From an uncultured Clostridia bacterium (GTDB lineage Bacteria; Bacillota; Clostridia; TANB77; CAG-508): a stretch of 64,000 nt of DNA. Where the stretch lies: positions 143,480-207,479 of the forward strand of contig CAKPNF010000001.1 in NCBI GenBank assembly GCA_934168305.1. The letters are read 5' to 3'. Of the stretch, positions 28,401 through 39,317 are shown piece after piece (within the stretch, counting starts at the first letter, position 1; the number at the start of each line of letters is the position of its first letter). Made by a program: the position numbers and the translations under genes. Below the pieces are notes generated by a model, which ran no database searches, was not told the DNA's origin, and saw nothing but the letters and a program-made list of their open reading frames with translations.

Positions 28401-28555
28401 TTGTATTTCAGTTCTTTCCTATACTAACATTTGCTTTCACCCGTTTCCTCCGAACTTCTGTAATTGAATCATCTATTATATTTGTATCTAAAATAAAACC
28501 ATAAATACATTCTTCTATCATACTCTAAAGAGAATTCTTTTTATTTATATTTAGT

Positions 28556-29356
28556 TTATTTTTTTATTTTTTCTATATATTTAATATGCTCTTTTTTTGT
28601 ATCATCATTTGTAAACATATATTTTGTTAATTTATCACTAAAATTTCTAATCTGACTATTTGAAAAAACAATTCCATATTTTTTATAATCTTCATTTAAA
28701 GTATTTTGAAGTTGATGGCGTTTTATAACTCTTACATTTGGTTTACTTACAGTTATATTTTTTAATTCACAACGTTCACTAAATACAATATATGATCTAA
28801 AAATATTTACATCTTTTATTTCAAGAATACTAGCTAAAGCTTTAATATGATTCCTATTTTGAATAATTGGATTGTAAAAACCATTCTTACTTTTATATAT
28901 AACTTGTTTCCAATTTTTTTGAGTTTCATTTCCAAAAATCCAGCCACTATATCCTTTAGACTCTATAACAAAAATACCATATTTGTTTATTAGCACTGAA
29001 TCTATTTCACTTGTATTATACTCGTTTGGGATATATAAATTTATTAAAACCTTTTTGTATTCAGCTTGATCATTTAAAATCTTCCATGTTAAGTATTCCG
29101 CAATATAGCCTTTATTAAAAAGTATTGAAAAGTAAGATTTCTTTGTTATTAATTTATAAAAAGTTTTATCATATTCTTTTTTTCCAGATACTGTTTCTAT
29201 TATTATCCCAAGCATAAAACCTATTATCATAAGTGGAAAAGTTATTGGAAATAATACAATTATTAATAATAGTGTTACAAGTTTTATTTTGTGATAATTT
29301 TTTAGATTATACCATTCTGATTTCAAATATCTTTTTAATTCATTAAAAAAACCCAT
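28556..29356 (-). CDS. membrane-anchored NERD (nuclease-related domain) protein
   Basis: N-terminal TM pair followed by EIDSVLINKYGIFVIESKGYSGWIFG...KNWKQ, the NERD core pattern. Confidence 0.75.
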   Translation of the reverse strand: MGFFNELKRYLKSEWYNLKNYHKIKLVTLLLIIVLFPITFPLMIIGFMLGIIIETVSGKKEYDKTFYKLITKKSYFSILFNKGYIAEYLTWKILNDQAEYKKVLINLYIPNEYNTSEIDSVLINKYGIFVIESKGYSGWIFGNETQKNWKQVIYKSKNGFYNPIIQNRNHIKALASILEIKDVNIFRSYIVFSERCELKNITVSKPNVRVIKRHQLQNTLNEDYKKYGIVFSNSQIRNFSDKLTKYMFTNDDTKKEHIKYIEKIKK

Positions 29357-29567
29357 ATTATATAATTCCCTTACATATTTTATATTATCTTTTGTTTGTT
29401 ATAGTATATCATATTATTAACAAATTTTGTCAATAAAAATGTAGTAATTTATTTAAATTTAGTGCTAAAATTATATAAAATATTACATTTTTTCATACAA
29501 ATAATGTGAATGGTATCAAAAACAAAGCACTGCAATATTGCAGTACTTTGCCATAGTGATAATTTAA

Positions 29568-31541
29568 TTATTCAGAAAATAACTTATCCAAGTCACTTTC
29601 ATCCAAAATACCTTTTTCTAATAATGCATCAACCAATTTGTCTAATAACACTTTGTTACTATTCAAAATATTTTTTGCATATTCAGAAGCTTCTTGCAAA
29701 AGCTCTTTTCTTTTTTGATTGATCATATCAATTGTTTTTTCATTCATCATATGATAATTACTATTTTCAATATATGTTGAATAGTCATTATCATTATTCA
29801 TTGCGTAATTGCAAATCATAGCATATGCTTCTTTATTAACATACTCTAAATCTGAACTTGCACCTGAATTAATGTCAGAAGTAAATAATTCCTCAGCTAT
29901 TCTTCCAGCTAATGATCCAGCAAAAGACGCAATAAGATATTCACGATTTGAATTAATGGTTATTTCATCAGACAAATCATCGAATACAGTTACTCCTAAA
30001 TATCCTTCTGCAGGCATGATAGATACTGCAATACCTTTTGTATCTTTTAAAATATTTGAAGATAATTTCCAAACCAAATAATGTCCTGCTTCATGATAAG
30101 CAGTAGCTTTTTTTGAGTTATCATCCATATTATTGTATTTTTGAAAATTTATATCAAAATTTTCAAGAATACATTCTCTGGTAACTTCTTTAAGTCCTTT
30201 TTCTTTGGCAATTACCATTGCAGTATCAATAAGATCATTGGTTCGATCTGGGTTTTTTGTGGTTTTATTAAAACAGCTAGATATTAATATTGCATATTCA
30301 ACCATCTCTTTGCTTATTGTTACACCATGAAATTTTTCATGTGCTTTTATGGCATTTTTAAGCATAGGATATACTTCTTTTGATTTTGGCTCTTTTACAA
30401 CCACCTTTTTAAATCTTCGCTTAAAGGCAGAATCTCTTGAAATGATTCTTTCATATTCTTCTTCTGTAGTTGCTCCGATAACCTTAGCTTTTGGACTAGC
30501 AAGAAATGGTTTTAATGCATTCGACATATCATTTTCTCCTTTTGAAGAAACCTCTCCTGCACCAATTACCATGTGTAATTCATCAATAAAAAGAATTACA
30601 TTTTCGTGCTTTTCAAGATATTCAACTAAAAGCTTGAAACGTTCTTCTGCCATTCCTCGATACATTGTTCCTGCTACGGAAGAATTAACATTAAGCTGAA
30701 GTACAATATTTTCTTTTAAATCTTCTGGACAGTTTCCATTTGCAATATCATATGCAATTTTTTCTGCAATTGATGATTTTCCTACTCCTGCTTCTCCAAC
30801 AAGAACAACGTTTTTTTTGCTTCTTTTCTGTAATGTTCTCATTATGTCTCTACATTCTTTATCTCTTCCAAGAATTTCACACTCAGGAACACCTTTATAT
30901 TTGCTGCTGAGAACAGAAACAAAATCAGAAAGTGCTTTTGGAATTTTTTCAAAATTGTCTGAAACTTCATTTTCGTCACTTTCAACTTCGTCAATTCCAT
31001 ATATTTGATTTAAAAGATCTACATACTCAAAAAGACCATCCAAGTATACACCATTATTTTTTAGTATTGTAAGCGGTTCTTTTGGCATATCATCAGCAAA
31101 GCTTAATAAGATATCCTCTGAATAAACAGGAATTTCAATATTATCATTGTTCTCTTCATTTTGCTCCATTGATATTAAATCAATAATTGTCTTTACCAAA
31201 ATATCATAAACTTCTTCCGTAAGAACCGTTTTAATTGGTTCTTGATCATCTGGTAAATTAATCTGGAAATTTTTTTCTGTTCCATCAAGAACATCTGTAT
31301 TTTTTAACCGTTTAAGTTCTCTGTCACAATCCTGTATTATATTTTTATATGGATTCTGTCCAATTATTGTTGCACATAAGAAATCATACAAAATACTGTT
31401 TTTTTCTTCTAAAAGTGCTTTTAGCAAGATAATGGAATTAATCCGTTTTAATCCAAATTTTTCTTGGATACTGTTCATATCTAAAAATAAATCTTGCATT
31501 GTTTCATCGAAATATGTTTCATATCTTGGTTCTTTACTCAT
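29568..31541 (-). CDS. Clp-type AAA+ (D1-like) ATPase fused to a C-terminal FtsH-like M41 zinc protease domain, no TM segment
   Basis: Clp_N-like N-terminus. Walker A VLVGEAGVGKSS, Walker B ILFIDELH, ClpA/B-type sensor region (AFKRRF). C-terminal HEAGHYLV plus GASSDLEYVN, as in peptidase M41. Confidence 0.8.
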   Translation of the reverse strand: MSKEPRYETYFDETMQDLFLDMNSIQEKFGLKRINSIILLKALLEEKNSILYDFLCATIIGQNPYKNIIQDCDRELKRLKNTDVLDGTEKNFQINLPDDQEPIKTVLTEEVYDILVKTIIDLISMEQNEENNDNIEIPVYSEDILLSFADDMPKEPLTILKNNGVYLDGLFEYVDLLNQIYGIDEVESDENEVSDNFEKIPKALSDFVSVLSSKYKGVPECEILGRDKECRDIMRTLQKRSKKNVVLVGEAGVGKSSIAEKIAYDIANGNCPEDLKENIVLQLNVNSSVAGTMYRGMAEERFKLLVEYLEKHENVILFIDELHMVIGAGEVSSKGENDMSNALKPFLASPKAKVIGATTEEEYERIISRDSAFKRRFKKVVVKEPKSKEVYPMLKNAIKAHEKFHGVTISKEMVEYAILISSCFNKTTKNPDRTNDLIDTAMVIAKEKGLKEVTRECILENFDINFQKYNNMDDNSKKATAYHEAGHYLVWKLSSNILKDTKGIAVSIMPAEGYLGVTVFDDLSDEITINSNREYLIASFAGSLAGRIAEELFTSDINSGASSDLEYVNKEAYAMICNYAMNNDNDYSTYIENSNYHMMNEKTIDMINQKRKELLQEASEYAKNILNSNKVLLDKLVDALLEKGILDESDLDKLFSE

Positions 31542-31795
31542 ATTGTGTTCCTCCTTTAAATGCTGAATGTTTAATTGAATTTGTTACTATTTTTTGTTTT
31601 TTAATCTCCTTTCATTAAATTATCAAACTATTAATTAATATTTTATAAATAATAAAATATTGATACTTTTTATGTTAATATTCTATCACATATTTTGCTA
31701 CATTTCAATTATTTAAGAATAATTTTATAAAAAACAACTAAACTTTGTAATATTTTAGTTGTTTTTTTATTTTTTTTTTAATTTTTATAAATTTG

Positions 31796-33124
31796 TTATT
31801 TAAATCTTCTAATATAATCATCAATATTTTCAAGAAACTCTTGATTGTTTTTAGTCTTAACCATCATAGAAATAACCTGTTCAGTAACATCTGCAACTGG
31901 CATACTATTCATAGCCTTACGTAAAGCAAAAACCGTTTCTTTTTCTTTTGGAGTAAGCAATAAATCTTCACGTCTAGTACCAGATTTATTAATATCAATA
32001 GCTGGAAAGATACGTTTTTCAGACAATTTTCTATCTAAGTGAACCTCCATATTACCTGTACCTTTAAATTCCTCAAATATTACGTCATCCATTCTACTTC
32101 CTGTATCAATTAAAGCTGTTGCTAAAATAGTTAAACTTCCACCATGCTCAATATTTCTAGCAGCACCAAAGAATTTTTTTGGTTTATGTAAAGCTGCTGG
32201 ATCCAAACCTCCAGACAACGTCCTTCCTGATGATGGAATTGTTAAGTTGTATGCTCTTGCAAGTCTTGTTATACTATCTAAAAGAATAACAACATCTTTA
32301 CCTTGTTCGACTAATCTTTTTGCTCTTTCAAGTACCATCTCTGCTACTTTTACATGATGTTCTGGCAATTCGTCAAATGTTGAGTATATTACTTCACCAT
32401 TTATTGAACGTTTCATATCTGTAACTTCTTCTGGTCTTTCATCTATTAACAATACAATTAATTTTTCTTCCGGATTATTTTTTGATATGCTATTTGCTAT
32501 TTTCTTTAATAACGTAGTTTTACCAACTTTAGGTGGTGCAACTATCATTCCTCTTTGCCCTTTTCCTATTGGTGACATTAAGTCAATCATTCTCATCGCA
32601 TATTCTTTACTATCAGTTTCTAATCTGATTCTTTCATCTGGGTATATTGGTGTTAGTTCATCAAATCTTTTTCTTCTTGCAGCTTTTTCTGGTGATTCTC
32701 CATTTACTTCTCCTACAAATATTAATGATGGGAATTTTTCACCTTCTTTAAATCTTGATATCCCTTTTATTATATCTCCAGTATCTAATTTAAATCTTCT
32801 TATTTGAACAACTGATATATATACATCTTTTGGACTTGATAGATAATTTTCACCTCTTAAAAAGCCATATCCATCGGGTAATATATCCAGTATTCCTTCA
32901 ACAATTTCATCACCTTCATTCGTAAGTTTATATCCTGATAATTCTTGCCCATTATTTTCTGATACTGTATTATTATCAACATATGAAATTATATTGTCAC
33001 CATTTAATACTTTATTTAACACATCAATTAAATCTTCTTTCTTTAATTTAGAAATGTTTTTTATATTATTTTCTTTTGCTAATTCTTTTAATTCACTTAA
33101 TGTTTTTTCCTCTAAATTTATCAT
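31796..33124 (-). CDS. rho: transcription termination factor Rho
   Basis: N-terminal Rho_N ([25 protein letters not shown]), RNA-binding domain, Walker [10 protein letters not shown] and the C-terminal ATPase. The ATG at 33124 follows GGAGG. Confidence 0.95.
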   Translation of the reverse strand: MINLEEKTLSELKELAKENNIKNISKLKKEDLIDVLNKVLNGDNIISYVDNNTVSENNGQELSGYKLTNEGDEIVEGILDILPDGYGFLRGENYLSSPKDVYISVVQIRRFKLDTGDIIKGISRFKEGEKFPSLIFVGEVNGESPEKAARRKRFDELTPIYPDERIRLETDSKEYAMRMIDLMSPIGKGQRGMIVAPPKVGKTTLLKKIANSISKNNPEEKLIVLLIDERPEEVTDMKRSINGEVIYSTFDELPEHHVKVAEMVLERAKRLVEQGKDVVILLDSITRLARAYNLTIPSSGRTLSGGLDPAALHKPKKFFGAARNIEHGGSLTILATALIDTGSRMDDVIFEEFKGTGNMEVHLDRKLSEKRIFPAIDINKSGTRREDLLLTPKEKETVFALRKAMNSMPVADVTEQVISMMVKTKNNQEFLENIDDYIRRFK

Positions 33125-33304
33125 AATTCCTCCTAAAATATTATTTAAATTATATTTCAAATATTATATTTGATATTTCAATTATTATTTTGTTTTTGGT
33201 GGGATTTTTTTCGAATAAAATAAAATATATTTATATTATAACATATTTTTCCAAAAAAAGGAAGTCTTTTTTCAAAAAAGAAAAAGCGCTATATGCGCTA
33301 TTTA

Positions 33305-33577
33305 TTACATTCCTTTATCTATATAAACCTTTTCATTTGGATAATACATCTCTAGCTTTTCTCTAGCCATTTGTTCAATAAATTCTTTTGAATCTACATT
33401 TTCTTTTTCGCTAACTAGTTCACCATTATATGTTTTTTGCTCTTCTATTTTACTTGCAAGTTCTTTACTATTTTTACTATATTGATTTAATACTTTTTGT
33501 TGGTTTGTTAAAGTAAATATTGCATATACCAATACTAATATTGTTAATAATCTTTTATACAATTTTTTCTTTTTCAT
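33305..33577 (-). CDS. divIC: septum formation initiator (FtsB/DivIC family)
   Basis: 90 aa: TM, coiled coil, then C-terminal FIEQMAREKLEMYYPNEKVY. Conserved position downstream of yabP-yabQ. Confidence 0.75.
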   Translation of the reverse strand: MKKKKLYKRLLTILVLVYAIFTLTNQQKVLNQYSKNSKELASKIEEQKTYNGELVSEKENVDSKEFIEQMAREKLEMYYPNEKVYIDKGM

Positions 33578-33666
33578 AAGTATCTCTCCAGTCTAAATAA
33601 CGTATACTATATATTTCTACTTTTTTTTCAAAAATCCTTCTTATTTTTTGAAAAAATTGTATTTTT

Positions 33667-34155
33667 TTACGTTTGTGTTTTACTTTTTTGTAATTTTAAT
33701 ACATTTTTTATCTTTTTTTGACAACTTGATTTTGATTTTTTTATGTTTATAGTTATAAAGTTTATTGGTTTAAAAAATATTTTTTTCATGAGTTTTATAA
33801 TCATGTTTATAGGAAATATTATTATTGATATTATTTTTATAATTATCTTTTTTAAAGTTAGAATTACTTTTACATTTATATTAATAAAATATTTACTAAA
33901 TAATAGCATATATATTAAACATCCCAAAAAAACTCCAAGAAACATATAAAAACGAATTTCACCATTACTAAAGGCAAATATTGAATACAATAAAATAAAT
34001 CCCGTTAAAATCCAAAATAAAATGTCCTGTACATATGTTATAATATCAGATGTCTTAAAACTTTTTCTTAATATTCTAAAAATATCAAACAATAATCCTA
34101 TAACTATTCCATTTATTATAAATATCAAAAATAAATATGCTTGGTTTTCGACCAT
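33667..34155 (-). CDS. yabQ: spore cortex biosynthesis protein YabQ
   Basis: Membrane protein with the GLLFDIFRILRK motif, immediately downstream of yabP. Confidence 0.65.
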   Translation of the reverse strand: MVENQAYLFLIFIINGIVIGLLFDIFRILRKSFKTSDIITYVQDILFWILTGFILLYSIFAFSNGEIRFYMFLGVFLGCLIYMLLFSKYFININVKVILTLKKIIIKIISIIIFPINMIIKLMKKIFFKPINFITINIKKSKSSCQKKIKNVLKLQKSKTQT

Positions 34156-34173
34156 AATTCCTCAATCCTTTGT

Positions 34174-34470
34174 TTATTTAAAAATTTTGCTAATTAAATT
34201 TCCTTTGTTTTTTTCTAATTCTTTATCACTGTATGCTAGATATGATATATCACCTTCTATTATTACTTCTGATGTATCTATGCTTAATTTATTAATTCTT
34301 ATATTCTCACCTTTAACTGTAAGTAAACCTAATTCTGTTTCTACCATTACTACCTGATCATCAAAACTTAATACATCATTTACTCCCGAAATACTTAATT
34401 TTCCTCTATTTTCTAATATTAAATTTTGAATTACTCCTGTATTTATACTTTTTCTTTCATCAATGGTCAT
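34174..34470 (-). CDS. yabP: sporulation protein YabP
   Basis: LILENRGKLSISGVNDVLSFDDQVVMVETELGLLTVKGENIRINKLS matches the YabP pattern. Confidence 0.85.
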   Translation of the reverse strand: MTIDERKSINTGVIQNLILENRGKLSISGVNDVLSFDDQVVMVETELGLLTVKGENIRINKLSIDTSEVIIEGDISYLAYSDKELEKNKGNLISKIFK

Positions 34471-34615
34471 AATAGCATTCTTCCTTTCTTTGTTTTCTCT
34501 GATATTTATATATATTCACAGGTTGTCTTTTTTAGAACAAAAATTTTTCTTAACATAAAAAAGGTACCTGCAATTGCATTGTACCTTTAAAGTTTAAATC
34601 TAATAATAATTTGTT

Positions 34616-35023
34616 TTAAGAAAAGTTATCACAACTAATCACGAGAAATGAACTTTGATTCTCATCTAAATTTATTACTTCAGCTCCTTCTTCTATAAAA
34701 GGATATTTTTCAATTTTCTTATTTAATCCATAATCTCCTACTTTTAAGCACTTTTTTGGATAGCAGTTTTTGCATTCACCACATAAGTGTTTTTGTAATT
34801 TTTTATTATACAAATTAAATTTTATTTTTAACTCTGTATAATAATACTTTTTTTCTTTCTTCAAAATAAAAATTGTTTTTTCTTTATTTCTTAGTTTTTC
34901 CATTTCTTCCTCATCAATTTGTTTTAATTGATGAATAATCTCTTTTGGCTTTTCTTCTTCACCAATATAGACTATAGTCCGTAACTCCTGAGTTCCATTT
35001 AAAATTAGATTAACTTTTTCCAT
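34616..35023 (-). CDS. hypothetical Cys-rich protein (135 aa)
   Basis: GGAGG RBS. Cluster CGECKNCYPKKC. Divergent from the beta-CASP pair. Confidence 0.5.
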   Translation of the reverse strand: MEKVNLILNGTQELRTIVYIGEEEKPKEIIHQLKQIDEEEMEKLRNKEKTIFILKKEKKYYYTELKIKFNLYNKKLQKHLCGECKNCYPKKCLKVGDYGLNKKIEKYPFIEEGAEVINLDENQSSFLVISCDNFS

Positions 35024-35253
35024 GAAAATTTCCTCCTTTATTTTTGTAATACATATTTTACTATATCATATTATGTTAATCTTATCAAGTTTTTTATATT
35101 TTTTTCTTATAAATCTAAGTATTCTTAAATTTTCCAGTATTTTCCTTGTGTAATTTATAATTTTATTGTATAATAATTTTATGGAAACTATTATATGTAA
35201 TAGATTATCAAAATAACTATTTTGATATAGAATTTTAAAGGAGTGAATAAAAA

Positions 35254-36705
35254 ATGAAAATTGGAAAAACACACAAATTTTATGTGGATGTATTTGCACG
35301 GCATTCAGGCGTAACTGGATCTTGTTTTTTAAATTCAATTCATTGGCCTGACGGAAATAATTTACGGTTTTTAATAGACGCTGGAACCGCACAAGGAAAT
35401 GACAATAATGGCTTTTTTAATTGCTTTTTTCCTTTTAATACAGATAAGATTAATTTTATAGTTCTTACACATGGTCATCAAGATCATCAAGGAATGTTGC
35501 CAGTTGTAGTAAGACAAGGATTTAAAGGAAAAATTTATACAAGTTATGCAACTAGTAAGTTAATTAATTTGTCTTTATTTGATAACTGCAAAATTACTGA
35601 CCCATATCTTGAAACACCTTTAGCTACTCAAAATGAAGTAGAAAGAACGCTTGATTTAATTATTGGTTGTTCTAATAAAAGAGTCATAAAACCTCATAAA
35701 AATGTCAGTATTGTATTTTACTCAAATGGACATCTTTTGGGTGCTATTGTAACTTTAATTATTATCAGCTGTCCGGGCGAAGATGATATAACTCTTGTTT
35801 ACACAGGAGATTATAAAAATAATAATATTTTCTTTGATGTTGATAAAATTCCTCAGCAAGTAAGAAAATTACAAATATCTTCAATCTTTTGTGAATCAAC
35901 ATATGGTAATGTGGATTCAACGGATAGCCAATTCTCAAAATGTTTAGCATCTAATACGGAAAAAGCTTTAAAAGAAGGAAAGACTGTTATCTACCCTACA
36001 TTTGCTCAGGGTCGATGTCAAGAAACTTTATATTGTATTAAATCTTGGAAAGATGCAAATCTTATTCCAAAAAACATTCCAGTATATCTGGATGGTACAG
36101 CATCTCAAAACTTTACAAGAAGTTATCTATATGATAGCCTTGGTATTAAACATTCAATGAAAAAGTTTTTGCCTGAAAATGTAAAATTTGTTCCACAAGC
36201 ACGAGACAGAATGATTTATAGAAGAAAAATTATGGATAATACATCTCCAAAAATCATTTTATCTTCAGGTGGTATGGCATCATATGGTGCTATAACAAAC
36301 TATATTAAAAACTATTTATCACAAGATGATGCTTTAATACATTTTCTAGGATATTGTTCTCCAAATTCTGATGCATTTAGATTATTAAATACAAAGGATG
36401 GAGAAACGATTAGATACAAGGATTGTGAATTTACCAAGAGATGTCAGATAAAAAAGACTTCAGAACTTTCCTCTCATGCAAAAAGAGATGAATTGTTATG
36501 GTTTATCAATAATTTTCCTAACGTAAAATCTGTAGTAATTAATCATGGAGATGTCTTAATTAAAAAACAGTTTAGAGAATATTTGTTAGAAAATTTAAAT
36601 CTTCCTGAAGAACAAATCAAAATTGCTAATTCTGAAATTGCATTTCGTATAGAATCAAACGGAATTTCAGATGTGTTTAAAACAAATTTTAGTTCAATTC
36701 TTTAA
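35254..36705 (+). CDS. metallo-beta-lactamase / beta-CASP family protein, RNA-type (paralog 1)
   Basis: HGHQDHQG (HxHxDH), ESTYG (motif A), IHFLGY (motif B), SSHA (motif C with His). Confidence 0.8.
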   Translation: MKIGKTHKFYVDVFARHSGVTGSCFLNSIHWPDGNNLRFLIDAGTAQGNDNNGFFNCFFPFNTDKINFIVLTHGHQDHQGMLPVVVRQGFKGKIYTSYATSKLINLSLFDNCKITDPYLETPLATQNEVERTLDLIIGCSNKRVIKPHKNVSIVFYSNGHLLGAIVTLIIISCPGEDDITLVYTGDYKNNNIFFDVDKIPQQVRKLQISSIFCESTYGNVDSTDSQFSKCLASNTEKALKEGKTVIYPTFAQGRCQETLYCIKSWKDANLIPKNIPVYLDGTASQNFTRSYLYDSLGIKHSMKKFLPENVKFVPQARDRMIYRRKIMDNTSPKIILSSGGMASYGAITNYIKNYLSQDDALIHFLGYCSPNSDAFRLLNTKDGETIRYKDCEFTKRCQIKKTSELSSHAKRDELLWFINNFPNVKSVVINHGDVLIKKQFREYLLENLNLPEEQIKIANSEIAFRIESNGISDVFKTNFSSIL

Positions 36706-36759
36706 TAGTCCAACAGAATTGCTTTATAAGTAATTCATAAAAAGAAAGGAGTGCTTTTT

Positions 36760-38193
36760 ATGGCCAAAGGAGTTCGGACAAAATGGTATGCAGATATTAG
36801 AGGATACCATAGTAAAGTAACAGGATCATGTATACGAAACACTATACACTTTTCCGATGGAGAAAAATTCCGTTTTTTAGTTGATTACGGTGTTTATCAA
36901 GGTGAAAGAGAAACTACAGACGAAGTGCTAACTTACAATGATAGTGTTAACCCAGAAAAGATTGGTGCTGTTCTCCTGACGCATACTCACCTTGATCATG
37001 ATGGTGCATTACCAATGTTTGTTCGGAATGGATATTCAAGAAATATTTATATGTCTATTCCAACATCAATATTGTTACCAGTAAGCCTCGAAGATAGTTT
37101 TAATGTTATGAAAAACATTTGTAAAACTAAAAAACAGCCTATGTTATTTAAAGAAGAACATATTTTTCAAACATTAAAACATGTGTGTGCAGTTAATTAT
37201 GAAGAAACTATCTCTATTCACCCTAATATTAATGTAACTTTTTTCAATAACGGCCATCTAACAGGTAGTTCAATAATTTTGGTTCAAATTTTTGATCCAT
37301 GTGGCGAAAGAATCAATCTTCTTTTTACTGGAGATTATAAGAAAGACAATATATTTTTAGATTTAAAGCCTTTGCCAGATTGGGTTTTAAAATTAGACAA
37401 TTTGACAATTATTACTGAATCAACTTATGGAGATACAGACTCTAAAGATGTTGAAAAAGTTTGGGCAGATAATATTAAGGAAGCTTGTAAGAATGACTCT
37501 ATAATTGTTATTCCTGTCTTTGCACAAGGAAGAATGCAAGAAATTATGTATAATGTAAAACTTCTTCAAAAAGAAGGCATTATCCCTGACAATTATATTA
37601 TTGAAATTGCTGGGAAAACAGGAATAAAGTACAATTCCGTTTATATGAGCCGTTTTAGAGACTTGTGCATCAAAGAAGAAATGGCATCATTTATTCCAAA
37701 TAATATTCACATTGTTGATTCAAAGAGTTCCATGTCTATCAGATGTGATAATAAAAAACCTAGAATTATTATAACAACATCTGGAATGGGAAATTTTGGA
37801 CCAGCAAATAGTTATATTCCTGAGGTATTACCAAATCCAAATGCAGTTATACACTTTACAGGATATATGGCAGAAGGCACTTTAGGAAGAAAACTACAGG
37901 AAACTAGACTTGGAGAAAGTGTTACTATTAAAGGCCGTATGGAAATTCCTAGAAGAGCTAAAATTTTTAGCACCAGTGAATTTTCTTCTCATGCAAAAGC
38001 TGATGAACTTATCGATTTTATTAATAAATTTAATCCTAGAGCTGTTTTAGTAAATCATGGTGAACATGAAGTTAAATCTATATTTGCTAAAAGAGTTGCA
38101 GAAAATACTTCTGCAAGAAAAGTTGGTATATTAGGAGAAGGATTTGTATATAGAATAGATCCATATGGGATTGTAAAACCAGTTAAAAAGTAA
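36760..38193 (+). CDS. metallo-beta-lactamase / beta-CASP family protein, RNA-type (paralog 2)
   Basis: HTHLDHDG, ESTYGD, IHFTGY, SSHA. Colinear with paralog 1. The ATG at 36760 follows AAAGGAG. Confidence 0.8.
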   Translation: MAKGVRTKWYADIRGYHSKVTGSCIRNTIHFSDGEKFRFLVDYGVYQGERETTDEVLTYNDSVNPEKIGAVLLTHTHLDHDGALPMFVRNGYSRNIYMSIPTSILLPVSLEDSFNVMKNICKTKKQPMLFKEEHIFQTLKHVCAVNYEETISIHPNINVTFFNNGHLTGSSIILVQIFDPCGERINLLFTGDYKKDNIFLDLKPLPDWVLKLDNLTIITESTYGDTDSKDVEKVWADNIKEACKNDSIIVIPVFAQGRMQEIMYNVKLLQKEGIIPDNYIIEIAGKTGIKYNSVYMSRFRDLCIKEEMASFIPNNIHIVDSKSSMSIRCDNKKPRIIITTSGMGNFGPANSYIPEVLPNPNAVIHFTGYMAEGTLGRKLQETRLGESVTIKGRMEIPRRAKIFSTSEFSSHAKADELIDFINKFNPRAVLVNHGEHEVKSIFAKRVAENTSARKVGILGEGFVYRIDPYGIVKPVKK

Positions 38194-38212
38194 AACTTCA
38201 AAGAGGTAAGCT

Positions 38213-39223
38213 TTAATTGCTTACCTCTAATATTTTTGAGTGAGTTTTCTCTAATATTTCATCACTAACAACATTTTTAAATTCAATAGAAATTTTAGAT
38301 TCAGAAACATTAAATTCTAACATTTCCAATTTTTCATCCTGAATCACATCAATAACTTTCTTTATAAAATCCACATTCCTAATTATGCCATTACCAATAA
38401 AAGAAATTCTTGAAACATCTTTTTTTACAACACTCTTAATAGTATTTTCTTCAATAATATCAGTAATAATAGTACCAGCCTTATTGTTAAAAGTAGACTT
38501 TGTAATAATAGGAATTTTAAACTTATCTCCTATCTCAGCACATCTATTATGAAGAACTTTTGCACCCTCACTTGAAATTTCCATCATTTCACTATACGAA
38601 AGAGCAGATAATTTTTTAGCATTTTCAACCTTATTAGGATCTGCTGTATATACACCATCAACATCAGAAAAAATATAACACTCCTTAGCATTTAAAGCTG
38701 CAGCTATTGCAATAGCACTTGTATCAGAGCCACCTCTTCCCAATGTTGTAATATCCATATTTTCATTAAAGCCCTGAAAACCGGCTACTATAACAATTTT
38801 TCTGTCTCCTAGTTCCTTTAAAATTCTTGTTGTATCAATATTTTTTATGATAGCATTCTGATTTGTATTATCAGTAAGTATGCCTGCTTGCATACCCGTC
38901 AAAGAAATTGACTTATACCCCATTCCGTTTAATAATATACTCAATTTTGCAATTGATATCTGTTCACCTGAACTAAGTAACATATCCATTTCTCTAAAAT
39001 ACTGGGATTGTGGGGCCACCACACCAAATCCCTCTTTTTTGTAAAGTTTTGATGCCTCATTTATTAATTTGTCCGTTGTTTTTCCTTGTGCGGACAATAC
39101 TACAACTATATTTTTTTCCTTATTATACATATCTATAATCTTTTGTGCTACAATTCTAAGCTTTTCGTCATCTGCTACCGAACTTCCTCCAAATTTCATA
39201 ACAATTGTGTCCATTTGGACCAC
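38213..39223 (-). CDS. aspartate kinase (short, monofunctional type)
   Basis: MKFGGSSV N-terminal motif, LGRGGSDTSA, C-terminal ACT-like region. The exact start (39214 or 39199) is uncertain. Confidence 0.85.
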   Translation of the reverse strand: MVQMDTIVMKFGGSSVADDEKLRIVAQKIIDMYNKEKNIVVVLSAQGKTTDKLINEASKLYKKEGFGVVAPQSQYFREMDMLLSSGEQISIAKLSILLNGMGYKSISLTGMQAGILTDNTNQNAIIKNIDTTRILKELGDRKIVIVAGFQGFNENMDITTLGRGGSDTSAIAIAAALNAKECYIFSDVDGVYTADPNKVENAKKLSALSYSEMMEISSEGAKVLHNRCAEIGDKFKIPIITKSTFNNKAGTIITDIIEENTIKSVVKKDVSRISFIGNGIIRNVDFIKKVIDVIQDEKLEMLEFNVSESKISIEFKNVVSDEILEKTHSKILEVSN

Positions 39224-39317
39224 CTCTTTAAAATAAATATATAGAGCCGTATTTTATTTAAAATATGACTCTATATAGTATATGTTTCTTTTTATGATTT
39301 TGCTATTTATTTAGAAA

